DNA from: an uncultured Fidelibacterota bacterium
GTDB lineage: Bacteria > Fidelibacterota > Marinisomatia > Marinisomatales > TCS55
Assembly: GCA_913062595.1 (NCBI GenBank)
Contig: CAJXWT010000007.1
Coordinates: forward strand, 1-24,000
Direction: 5' to 3'
DNA: 24,000 nucleotides
Below the pieces are notes generated by a model. That model made no database searches and was not told the origin of the DNA. It saw only the letters and a list, made by a program, of their open reading frames with translations. This document shows, piece after piece, positions 7,508 to 15,855 of the stretch. Each line of letters starts with the position of its first letter. Positions within the stretch are counted from its first letter, which is position 1. The translations under genes and the position numbers were made by a program.

Positions 7508-8470
7508 TTAAAAATGATAATCCAGAGTGTCTCTGAAGATGCCGCTGGAGCCAAATTTTTCTTTAAATTTGGCTAAGCCCATGTTTGGTTCTTCATTAAC
7601 TGTAAAAATTCCAAAATCGAAAACAGAATAATTATTTGATATTGCCCAGCGGAAAATTTCATAGAACAATAAGTTGATTGGTCGATATTCCTGATAGTCT
7701 TCATCATGACTGATATAGAAAGCAAGAATCACATCATTGTTGGCAATAAAATTCACTACTCCGCCAATCATAATATCCTTAACAAACGCTCCATTAAGCT
7801 GTACATGGTCGGGGAATAAAGTTTGCAGACTCTTTAACTCTGCCACCGTATGAGTAGGTTCTACGCCATGACGTGTTTTCAGGTTTTTCTGCAATATTTC
7901 ATAAAATGAGTCAATATCATCAGTCTGCCTTACATCCACGTCCATACGCTGTGCCTTGCGTACAGCTCGTCGATGTGCAGGATTAAATTTTGCCAAATTT
8001 TCTTCAATAGAATCTTCTAGAAATAAGATACTGCTTACTTCCCGCTTCAAATATTGGTAGCCACATTGCAGGAGTGAAAAGTCAATATAATTTGATTGTC
8101 TTTTGTTGTAAATAGTTGGTGGCAGGGTAATTCTTACCCCAGAAAATCCCTGGTCCTTGGCATAACTATTCAGTGCCTCCACCAGTTCAAGTGCGTCAGC
8201 AAAAGAAAGGTCTTCGGGTACTACAAATGATCCCATCGATGCACCAGGATGGGAGATCAGCATTTTATCTGGTACATTGGTTACTTCTGCAGCTGGTAAT
8301 AAAACATAGGGTTTATTCTTTTTATAAAAAACAAGGCTGTGATCAATAAATCTATCTGGCGGGTGGTAAGCTAAAAACTGACGGGTATGAAATATTGTGC
8401 CATTATTTGCCCCCCAGACTATTTCATCCCATGCCTTAGCAAAATTTTCGTTAAACCTCTTAACTTGCAT
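7508..8470 (-). CDS. FemAB-like / GNAT-fold (Acetyltransf_6-type) transferase
   Basis: N-terminus FNENFAKAWDEIVWGANNGTIFHTRQFLAYH, a length of about 320 aa, and the position 6 nt upstream of a flippase all match FemAB-family/CelD-like proteins of EPS clusters. Motif-level call only. Confidence 0.6.
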   Translation of the reverse strand: MQVKRFNENFAKAWDEIVWGANNGTIFHTRQFLAYHPPDRFIDHSLVFYKKNKPYVLLPAAEVTNVPDKMLISHPGASMGSFVVPEDLSFADALELVEALNSYAKDQGFSGVRITLPPTIYNKRQSNYIDFSLLQCGYQYLKREVSSILFLEDSIEENLAKFNPAHRRAVRKAQRMDVDVRQTDDIDSFYEILQKNLKTRHGVEPTHTVAELKSLQTLFPDHVQLNGAFVKDIMIGGVVNFIANNDVILAFYISHDEDYQEYRPINLLFYEIFRWAISNNYSVFDFGIFTVNEEPNMGLAKFKEKFGSSGIFRDTLDYHF

Positions 8471-8587
8471 CGTAAGTAAGAATTTAACGAATAAGTTAAG
8501 GTGGTTTGTTCCAAAATTTTATCGAGCTTAGGAGTTGATATCAGATAAAAAATCGCTCTAATTTGGAGAAAATGATTTACTGTTTAA
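8471..8587. promoter_or_regulatory. Divergent promoter region (FemAB-like gene / eno)
   Basis: 117-nt AT-rich gap between divergent starts at 8470 (-) and 8588 (+). CTAATTTG lies 22 nt before the eno ATG. Nothing validated. Confidence 0.45.
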
Positions 8588-9874
8588 ATGTCTGATTCAA
8601 CTATTGTAACGGTTGCCGCTCGTGAAATCTTGGATTCGAGGGGGAATCCAACTATTGAAGTGGATGTTATCCTTCGGGATGATAGTATCGGCCGCGCCGC
8701 AGTGCCATCTGGCGCTTCAACTGGTGAGCACGAAGCCGTAGAACTTCGTGATGGTGATCAATCTCGTTATCTAGGTAAGGGTGTACACCGGGCTGTTGAT
8801 AATGTGAACAACATTATAGGAAATGCTATTAAGGGCCTGGATGCAACGCAACAAGAGACCATAGATCAAAATATGATTGCATTGGACGGTACGAAAAATA
8901 AATCCGTTCTTGGAGCAAACGCTATACTTGGAACTTCAATTGCGGTTGCGAAGGCCGCAGCTAAATCATCTAACAAACCCCTTTATGAATATCTGAGTAC
9001 GAATAACAATTATACAATGCCAATTCCGATGATGAATATTCTTAACGGCGGAAGTCATGCTGATAATAATGTTGACATTCAAGAATTCATGGTTTTCCCA
9101 ATCGGCGCATCTTCTTTTTCACAAGCACTGCAGATGGGTACAGAGATTTTTCACCAATTGAAGAAAGTTCTACAAAAACGTGGGCTTAATACAGCCGTCG
9201 GGGATGAAGGAGGCTTTGCCCCAGATTTAAGATCAAATGAGGAAGCGATAGAAGTTATACTGACGGCCATTGATAAAGCTGGGTACTCAGTGGGTGAAGA
9301 TATCTATCTGGCACTAGATGTGGCGGCCAGTGAAATTTACGATGGAAAACACTATCAGCTTGAATCTGAGAATAAATCTCTTTCAGCAGATCAAATGATT
9401 CAATACTACCAGAACCTAGTTGATAAATATCCTATCGTTTCAATTGAAGATGGGTTATCGGAGAATGATTGGAAAGGCTGGGTAGAATTGAATGCTGAAT
9501 TGGGAAATAAGATTCAAATCGTTGGAGATGACTTAACTGTCACAAATATTGACAGACTTCAAAAAGCTATTGATTTGCATGCCATAAATGCAATTTTAAT
9601 AAAATTAAATCAGATAGGTACAGTTACTGAAACGCTCAATGCAATTAGATTAGCAAGTGAAGTTGGTTTTGGTGCAATTATTTCTCATAGATCTGGTGAA
9701 ACCGAAGATACAACTATAGCAGATTTCGCAGTAGCAACTGGTGTCGGTCAAATCAAAACAGGAAGCGTATCGCGTACAGATCGTATTTGCAAATATAACC
9801 AGCTGCTGCGGATAGAAGAAACGATTGGGGAAACTAGCCAATTTCCTGGTAAAGAAGTATTGGGAGGAAAATGA
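8588..9874 (+). CDS. eno: Enolase (phosphopyruvate hydratase)
   Basis: Full-length match to enolase hallmarks: [66 protein letters not shown]. Confidence 0.98.
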   Translation: MSDSTIVTVAAREILDSRGNPTIEVDVILRDDSIGRAAVPSGASTGEHEAVELRDGDQSRYLGKGVHRAVDNVNNIIGNAIKGLDATQQETIDQNMIALDGTKNKSVLGANAILGTSIAVAKAAAKSSNKPLYEYLSTNNNYTMPIPMMNILNGGSHADNNVDIQEFMVFPIGASSFSQALQMGTEIFHQLKKVLQKRGLNTAVGDEGGFAPDLRSNEEAIEVILTAIDKAGYSVGEDIYLALDVAASEIYDGKHYQLESENKSLSADQMIQYYQNLVDKYPIVSIEDGLSENDWKGWVELNAELGNKIQIVGDDLTVTNIDRLQKAIDLHAINAILIKLNQIGTVTETLNAIRLASEVGFGAIISHRSGETEDTTIADFAVATGVGQIKTGSVSRTDRICKYNQLLRIEETIGETSQFPGKEVLGGK

Positions 9875-10209
9875 GAAGTAATCCCAAACGAATACGTCAA
9901 AATAAAAAGCAGGCGAATCAAATCCAGCAGCAAATGATCCGCGCTATCCTTATTATCGGCGCATTGGTGTTACTCATCATTTTTTTCTTTGGAGATCACG
10001 GTATGTATCAATTATATCTCTTGCGTTCTGAGCGATCCGAGATACAAGCCTCAATTACTACACTCCGGGAGCATAAACAAACATTAGAAGCGGAGAAAAA
10101 TAAACTCACTACTGATTTAAAATACATTGAACAACTTGCTCGGGAAAGATTTAGAATGGCAAAAAAGGGTGAAAAAGTATTTAAGGTAATAGAAAAGAAA
10201 CCCGAATAA
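9871..10209 (+). CDS. ftsB: Septum formation initiator (FtsB/DivIC family)
   Basis: ATGA overlap with the eno stop, with GGAGGA just upstream. It has a single TM helix ([16 protein letters not shown]), then a coiled coil, then the [20 protein letters not shown] signature. The eno-ftsB synteny is classic. Confidence 0.85.
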   Translation: MRSNPKRIRQNKKQANQIQQQMIRAILIIGALVLLIIFFFGDHGMYQLYLLRSERSEIQASITTLREHKQTLEAEKNKLTTDLKYIEQLARERFRMAKKGEKVFKVIEKKPE

Positions 10210-10210
10210 C

Positions 10211-10795
10211 TCAGAACCCCAAAGTGTAGTAGACTCGATCTCCACCCATTTTACCAGTACAGACCAGCTCTACATTTTTCGGGTTTGACTTAAAATCATA
10301 GAATAGTTCAGCAATTACGTAATCTCGGGGAGCAATAATAGCCAGATCTTGATATTTACCCTGGAAGGGGTTTAACTCCCCTTTATTACTACCTTTACCA
10401 ATAGCCTTCAATAAAACCATTGCGGAGAAATCCAATTCCTTGGTATGGCTGATATTTTTCACACGCAACTTAAGCACTACCTGAGTACCAGTCTGAATTA
10501 CCTCTATTAATTTGTATTTTGCATTATCCGCAATTTGTGTAGTGCCTATTGGATGTGAAACGCGTCCTTCAAGAAGTGACTCAACAGGAATATAAAATTG
10601 GATGGTGGCTTTAATAAACTTACCAGATTTATCTTTTTTCAATTTTGTGACCGAAGATCCGGGAAATATTTCACCGATAACATTATCCTTACTTGCATTA
10701 GGGGATAGATATACTTTTGTATTTTTAATCACCTCGGTTTCCTGACCTATCAGCCTGAGCGGCAAAACAATCAAATATATAAGTAATCGGTACAT
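10211..10795 (-). CDS. Secreted/periplasmic protein of unknown function (SH3b-like N-terminal part, beta-sandwich-like C-terminal part)
   Basis: Signal peptide MYRLLIYLIVLPLRLIGQ. TKVYLSPNASKDNVIGEIFPGSSVTKLKKDKSGKFIKATI resembles bacterial SH3. QVVLKLRVKNISHTKELDF resembles DUF4352-type sandwiches. The start is 9 nt after the motB stop. Confidence 0.7.
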   Translation of the reverse strand: MYRLLIYLIVLPLRLIGQETEVIKNTKVYLSPNASKDNVIGEIFPGSSVTKLKKDKSGKFIKATIQFYIPVESLLEGRVSHPIGTTQIADNAKYKLIEVIQTGTQVVLKLRVKNISHTKELDFSAMVLLKAIGKGSNKGELNPFQGKYQDLAIIAPRDYVIAELFYDFKSNPKNVELVCTGKMGGDRVYYTLGF

Positions 10796-10804
10796 CAGCT
10801 ATAT

Positions 10805-11530
10805 TTAATTAGTGAGTATATTCTTTTTAATAAAAGCATCCATATATATCTCCACTCGGCGATTCTTCGCCCGTGCGTTTCTTATATCCACTGCATTTTT
10901 ACCAACTGAACTGATCGGGATAACAGGACGAAATTTTCCATATCCCATGGCAGAAAACTTACTTTCCGGTATTCTTGAGAATTCACTAAGGAGTTTTACA
11001 ATATTCAACGCCCGTGAAGTTGACAAATCCCAATTGCTCGCAAATCGTGCCTGTTTTGGAAGCGGCAGGTCATCAGTATGTCCTTCACATCGTATTTCCA
11101 CATTTAAAAAACCGCCTCTTTTCTCTATGGCCCCTAATAATTTATTAAAGCGCTCGTCTTCATCTAAATTTAACAACTTTGATACACGCACAATGCCGCC
11201 GATCTGCCTTATTAGTGGATATACTAGAGTTTGTACACCGTCGTCCATAGATCTGAACAATCGACCGCTTGCCATGGTAATTTTCACACCCTTTGTTACC
11301 CGATCAACAGATACATAGGAAGATTCAATATTTTCCTTCAATTCTTGGTAGGTCTCATCTAACAGCAAATTGATTACCCGATCAATGTGTTTTTCAGCAT
11401 CATTGAGAATCACCAATAATAAGATAAAGAAAGTCAACAGCAGTGTAACCAGATCAGCGTAGGTAACGGCCCAGGCAGTACTTTTTGCCTTGGCCTCCTC
11501 AGCGGACAAGCCAAAGGAATCAATGGCCAT
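10805..11530 (-). CDS. motB: Flagellar-type stator protein MotB (OmpA-like C-terminal domain)
   Basis: TAWAVTYADLVTLLLTFFILLL contains the conserved channel Asp (D26). The C-terminus carries the NWDLSTSRALNIVKLL ... NRRVEI OmpA/PG-binding signature. Confidence 0.9.
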   Translation of the reverse strand: MAIDSFGLSAEEAKAKSTAWAVTYADLVTLLLTFFILLLVILNDAEKHIDRVINLLLDETYQELKENIESSYVSVDRVTKGVKITMASGRLFRSMDDGVQTLVYPLIRQIGGIVRVSKLLNLDEDERFNKLLGAIEKRGGFLNVEIRCEGHTDDLPLPKQARFASNWDLSTSRALNIVKLLSEFSRIPESKFSAMGYGKFRPVIPISSVGKNAVDIRNARAKNRRVEIYMDAFIKKNILTN

Positions 11531-11533
11531 AGA

Positions 11534-12343
11534 CTAGTCTTCTTGCCGAGCAGACTGCGGAACAAATGTCATCAGTTTCTCTCGCATTAAAATCGGGTGC
11601 TCTTTGGAATGAATGCTGATTATCCCTTCAACAACAATACTTTTCAGCATCATCTCTTCCTGGGATTTGCGGGTTAGTTTGCCACCAATTGGTAAAAACA
11701 CCAGATTTGCCAATAACACCCCATAAAACGTAGTTATCAGGGCCAAGCCCATGCCGCCAAGTAGCTGGGAAAATTTTTTCGCTACATCAAAATCAATGCT
11801 ATTTATATCAGCTGCATTACCACCCGAAAAATTGTTCATCATAATAATCAATCCCATGACCGTGCCCAACATTCCAAATGCTGGTGCATAAGCACCTAAA
11901 TAAAAGAAGATCTCCTGTCCCATTTTATGGCGATTTTGAATATTGCTCATTTCCAGATTCAGATAATTACGTAAGCGGGCCGGATCTCTTTCATTAATGG
12001 CCAGTTCTATACCATTACGTAAAAATGTGCTTTCTATTGATGGGAGATCGGCCTCAAGGGACAACACACCATTTTTCCGCGCTTTTTCCCCTTTTTCTAC
12101 CAATTCTCCGATTATACCACGATAATCATATTCCTCACTGGAAAATGCATTCTTTAAGATACCAAACAATCCTAGTATGTTTTTCAATGGGTAATTCACC
12201 ATGGCTGCAGCAAGGGTGCCACCAAAAACAATCAGAACAGAATTCAAACTAAAAAACCAGTATAAATCACCGCCGCCCCTTAATACACCTATAGCAATAA
12301 TTCCAACACCGGCGAATAGACCAATTATAGTGCCAAAATCCAT
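11534..12343 (-). CDS. motA: Flagellar-type stator protein MotA/PomA
   Basis: 269 aa with 4 TM helices. The cytoplasmic loop reads ARKNGVLSLEADL. YAPAFGMLGTVMGLI and ALITTFYGVLLANLVFLPIGGKL contain the two conserved prolines. SD AAGGAG lies 5 nt before the ATG. Confidence 0.9.
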   Translation of the reverse strand: MDFGTIIGLFAGVGIIAIGVLRGGGDLYWFFSLNSVLIVFGGTLAAAMVNYPLKNILGLFGILKNAFSSEEYDYRGIIGELVEKGEKARKNGVLSLEADLPSIESTFLRNGIELAINERDPARLRNYLNLEMSNIQNRHKMGQEIFFYLGAYAPAFGMLGTVMGLIIMMNNFSGGNAADINSIDFDVAKKFSQLLGGMGLALITTFYGVLLANLVFLPIGGKLTRKSQEEMMLKSIVVEGIISIHSKEHPILMREKLMTFVPQSARQED

Positions 12344-12507
12344 GTATGCTCCTTATACCCTCTAAAAAAGAGTAACTTGTCTTTTACGAAATTATAAAGT
12401 AAGACATATTATTTATTATTATAGGAAGTTACAATTTAATTGATTTAACCTTTAAAAAATGATTGTTACATTGCATCTTTATATGAGTAAAGTGCTTCTG
12501 GAACAAC
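12344..12507. promoter_or_regulatory. Divergent promoter region (motAB unit / sugar operon)
   Basis: 164-nt AT-rich gap between divergent starts at 12343 (-) and 12508 (+). GTTACA occurs twice as a direct repeat. No validated operator. Confidence 0.45.
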
Positions 12508-13287
12508 ATGTTGTTATCTAATAAAAATATTGTCATTGTCGGCGGTACTTCGGGGATTGGATTTTCGGCGGCAAGTGCTTTTGTTAATGAAGGAGCAAAT
12601 GTGATCGCCATTGGCCGCAAACCAGATCGGATCACAAAAACCCAAAAAATATTAGGTAATCATGGAACAGCAATACAAGGGAACGCAGCTGATTCTACAA
12701 CAGCACAGGAAGGGATTCAATTGGCCGTAGATGAATATGGTTCCCTACATGGGTTATATCATGTTGCCGGCGGGAGTGGACGCGGTAAAGGTGATGGTCC
12801 ATTACACAAAATTTCTGACGAAGGCTGGGATTATACTTTGTCAACAAACCTGGATGCTATCTTTTATTCAAATCGTGCAGCAATCAAACAATTTCTAAAA
12901 CAGGGCGATGGAGGAACTATTTTGAACATGAGCTCTGTGTTAGGCTTTTCGCCTTCATCTAAATACTTTGCTACCCATGCCTACGCTGGTACAAAAGCAG
13001 CTGTTATTGGGCTTACCAAATCACTAGCATCTTACTACGCAAACCAAAACATTCGTTTTAATGTAATTGCACCCGGGCTAGTGGCAACGCCCATGTCTGA
13101 AAGAGCACAATCAGACAATAATATTATGGACTACATCGCCGGTAAACAACCTCTAGATGGTGGGCGGATCGGAAAACCAGCCGATTTGGATGGGGCGGCA
13201 GTTTATTTCATGTCAGATAATTCGAAATTCACTACTGGACAGGTACTTAGCGTTGATGGCGGCTGGAGTGTCAGTAATGATCATTAA
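12508..13287 (+). CDS. Short-chain dehydrogenase/reductase (classical SDR)
   Basis: GGTSGIGFSAA (TGxxxGxG), NMSS, and the catalytic pair YAGTKAAV (YxxxK). 259 aa. Confidence 0.9.
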   Translation: MLLSNKNIVIVGGTSGIGFSAASAFVNEGANVIAIGRKPDRITKTQKILGNHGTAIQGNAADSTTAQEGIQLAVDEYGSLHGLYHVAGGSGRGKGDGPLHKISDEGWDYTLSTNLDAIFYSNRAAIKQFLKQGDGGTILNMSSVLGFSPSSKYFATHAYAGTKAAVIGLTKSLASYYANQNIRFNVIAPGLVATPMSERAQSDNNIMDYIAGKQPLDGGRIGKPADLDGAAVYFMSDNSKFTTGQVLSVDGGWSVSNDH

Positions 13288-13906
13288 AAACAGTATACAG
13301 GCAACCTTATCACGGCTACAAATAATCCCCGTGATCACCATTGATAACCCGCAACACGCAGCGCCACTTGCTGAAACTTTGCTTAACGCGGGGCTGCATT
13401 GCGCCGAAATAACATTCCGTACAGAAGCTGCGGTGGAAACACTAAGAACTTTCGCCAGTTTTGGCCAATTTACTCTTGGCGCAGGAACAGTTATTGATAA
13501 AGAACAATTGAAGGCTGCGATAGAGGCAGGTGCAGATTTCATTGTATCTCCAGGATTTGACCCAGCGTTAGTAGCTGAATGCCAGAAAAACAAAGTACAA
13601 TTTATACCGGGATGTTGTACGCCAAGTGAAATTCAGCAAGCAATTAAAAATTCCTTGAGCCTAATAAAATTTTTCCCGGCTGAGGCATTTGGTGGTGTAA
13701 GCGCACTGAAAGCATTAAGTGCACCCTACCCGAATGTTTCATTTATACCAACAGGCGGCATAACAGTAGACAATGTTGCTACTTATCTAAAACTCGACTG
13801 TGTTACTGCCTGTGGAATGACGGAAATTGTAAATCGTGACTTGATTGCGACTTCCGATTTTGATACAATATTTAAACTAACAAAGGAAATTCTCGATAAA
13901 AGATAG
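13277..13906 (+). CDS. eda: KDPG/KHG (2-keto-3-deoxy-6-phosphogluconate-type) class I aldolase
   Basis: IIPVITIDNPQHAAPLAETLLNAGLHCAEITFRT and IKFFPAEAFGG (Schiff-base Lys motif). The track ORF starts at 13157 inside the SDR gene. The ATG at 13277 gives a typical 209-aa Eda with an 11-nt overlap. Confidence 0.9.
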   Translation: MIIKNSIQATLSRLQIIPVITIDNPQHAAPLAETLLNAGLHCAEITFRTEAAVETLRTFASFGQFTLGAGTVIDKEQLKAAIEAGADFIVSPGFDPALVAECQKNKVQFIPGCCTPSEIQQAIKNSLSLIKFFPAEAFGGVSALKALSAPYPNVSFIPTGGITVDNVATYLKLDCVTACGMTEIVNRDLIATSDFDTIFKLTKEILDKR

Positions 13907-13966
13907 GAATAAGTTTTATTTGCAAACCATTTTTAATAATGTCAATCACAGCCAAGGATTAGTACT

Positions 13967-14995
13967 GTGAAAAATATACCATTCAGAACAACCGTTATTG
14001 GAAGCTACCCCCTTCCCGGATGGTATGAATATGCGTTTAGCAATATCATATCACTCGGCGATCTAGACCGTAATGAACTTATCGATGATGCGGTAATCGT
14101 TGCGATCCAGGATCAGGTTTCTGCGGGGTTAGATGTAATAACTGATGGAGAAATGTCCAGAAGAGATTTTAATTTGTCATTCTACAGCCTCATTGAAGGT
14201 ATTGAAAAAACGGTAATTAATATCAGACAATTCGGACCGCCAGCGCATGACCAGCGGGGTAAATATAGTATCCATGGAGAATTATCCGCACCAAATGGAT
14301 TGGGCGTGGTAGAGGATTATAAACGTCTTCAGAAACTAGCGCCCCCGGGACCCATCCTTAAAGCAAGCATTCCTGGTCCTTATACATTAAGCGGTCGCTT
14401 ACTACCCAATGAACAGTACCCAGACCGTTATATCATAACAGAAGCGTTAGTTTCAATCGTCAGGGAAGAATTACAGCGATTATTGGATGCTGGATGCAAA
14501 GAAATAACGGTGGATGAGCCATCAATGAGTTGTTATGCCTACAAAGAAGATCCTGTAAAATTTGTTGATATTTTTAACCGTACTGTTGAACCGATTATAG
14601 GAAAAACACATCTTTCGGCCCATTTGTGTTTCGGTAATTATAAAGGTCGGGCTGTGAGCCCAAGGCAATACAGCCCGATGTTCCCTGCATTTCTAGAAAT
14701 GCAAGTAGATGAAATCCACGTTGAAATGGCAAGTAGAGAATTCTCTGAATTGGAAATAATTGGAGAAATTGCGAAAAAGAAAAATGTGACCGTTGGTATC
14801 ATTGATGTAAAAAGCTATTACATAGAACCAGTTGAAGAAGTAGTGCGGCGAGTACGCAGATGTTTAGACTATGCGCCAGCAGAACGGCTATCATTTGCAC
14901 CGGATTGCGGACTCAGCCAAACTGCTAGATGGGCTGCAAAAGAAAAATTGCAAAATATGGTTGCTGGAGTAAACAAAGTAAAGGCTGAACTATAG
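13967..14995 (+). CDS. Single-domain MetE-type (cobalamin-independent methionine synthase family, Meth_synt_2) zinc protein
   Basis: TTVIGSYPLPGWYE N-terminus, DGEMSRRDF, VDEPS. All four expected Zn ligands are present: H219-L-C221 (HLCFGNY), E253 (HVEMAS) and C314 (APDCGL). GTG start. Confidence 0.85.
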   Translation: MKNIPFRTTVIGSYPLPGWYEYAFSNIISLGDLDRNELIDDAVIVAIQDQVSAGLDVITDGEMSRRDFNLSFYSLIEGIEKTVINIRQFGPPAHDQRGKYSIHGELSAPNGLGVVEDYKRLQKLAPPGPILKASIPGPYTLSGRLLPNEQYPDRYIITEALVSIVREELQRLLDAGCKEITVDEPSMSCYAYKEDPVKFVDIFNRTVEPIIGKTHLSAHLCFGNYKGRAVSPRQYSPMFPAFLEMQVDEIHVEMASREFSELEIIGEIAKKKNVTVGIIDVKSYYIEPVEEVVRRVRRCLDYAPAERLSFAPDCGLSQTARWAAKEKLQNMVAGVNKVKAEL

Positions 14996-14999
14996 CGCG

Positions 15000-15848
15000 A
15001 TGCGCAGACCTCACTGCTCGGGAAATACTTTCCTCGCTGACGTAAAGAAGCACCAAAATGATACAGATGATTTTAACGTTTGGTGGCTGGGCCAAAGTGG
15101 GTTTCTTATCCAGTGGCTGGGTAAACATTTGCTTATGGATCCTTACCTATCAGAATCCTTAACTAAAAAATACGCTGAAACTGATAAACCGCACGTACGT
15201 ATGACTAAACGTGTTATTGATCCACTACAGCTTGACTTTATTGATGTAGTTACAGCTAGTCATTCGCACACTGATCATCTAGATCCTGAAACTTTACAGC
15301 CACTGGTACAATCCAATATCAATCTTGACCTAGTGGTACCTGCCGCAGTAGTAGATATTGCCATGGAGCGATCCAATCTACCAAAAGATAGATTATCACT
15401 AATGAATGCAGGTGATACCGTTGAGTCAAATGGGTTTTTAATCCATGCCATACCATCAGCACATGAAGAGGTGGAAACTGATGAAAACGATGACCATTAT
15501 TATTTAGGATACATAGTGCGGTTCGGTCCATGGACTGTTTATCATAGCGGAGATACTATTGAATACGATGAGATGGAAGATACCTTAGCGCAATGCAACC
15601 TAGACGTCATGTTTTTACCAATTAATGGACGGAGACCAGAACGACGTGTTGCTGGGAATATGTGGGGTAATGAATCTGCATGGCTGGCAAAAAGGGTGAA
15701 GGCCCGTTCAGTTATCCCACATCATTACAATATGTTCGAATTCAATACTGAAAACCCTGATGAATTCATTGCAGAGGCTGAGCAAATCAATCAACCATAT
15801 CATGTACTGGAAAACGGCGAGCGCTGGTGCAGCAGCCAACTAGAATAA
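15000..15848 (+). CDS. MBL-fold metallo-hydrolase (UlaG/COG2220-like)
   Basis: WWLGQSGFLIQ...LLMDPYLS N-terminus and the ASHSHTDHLD (HxHxDH) metal motif. YHSGDT and IPHHYNMF lie further downstream. Confidence 0.85.
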   Translation: MRRPHCSGNTFLADVKKHQNDTDDFNVWWLGQSGFLIQWLGKHLLMDPYLSESLTKKYAETDKPHVRMTKRVIDPLQLDFIDVVTASHSHTDHLDPETLQPLVQSNINLDLVVPAAVVDIAMERSNLPKDRLSLMNAGDTVESNGFLIHAIPSAHEEVETDENDDHYYLGYIVRFGPWTVYHSGDTIEYDEMEDTLAQCNLDVMFLPINGRRPERRVAGNMWGNESAWLAKRVKARSVIPHHYNMFEFNTENPDEFIAEAEQINQPYHVLENGERWCSSQLE

Positions 15849-15855
15849 AAGTTTC

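Noticed and set aside
10812-11318. 168-aa plus-strand ORF in the track
   Set aside because: It is fully antisense to motB, which has unambiguous family signatures. Its translation is low-complexity (Ser/Arg/Phe-rich) and has no recognisable start context. It is a shadow ORF.
10805-12343. Reading motAB as a Zorya-like (ZorAB) anti-phage module
   Set aside because: MotA is 269 aa, the ordinary stator length, with no long ZorA-type C-terminal tail. There are no ZorC/ZorD-like or other nuclease or helicase genes nearby.
12459-12521. 20-codon uORF (MIVTLHLYMSKVLLEQHVVI) overlapping the SDR start out of frame
   Set aside because: It has no SD and no associated secondary structure, and there is nothing to suggest translation. 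It is likely a chance ORF in an AT-rich leader.
13157-13276. N-terminal 40-codon extension of the eda ORF
   Set aside because: The extension lies inside the SDR coding region in another frame. Starting at ATG 13277 gives a canonical approximately 209-aa Eda.
13213-13593. 126-aa minus-strand ORF
   Set aside because: It is antisense to eda and the end of the SDR gene. The Ala/Ser-rich product is typical of the reverse frame of a real gene.
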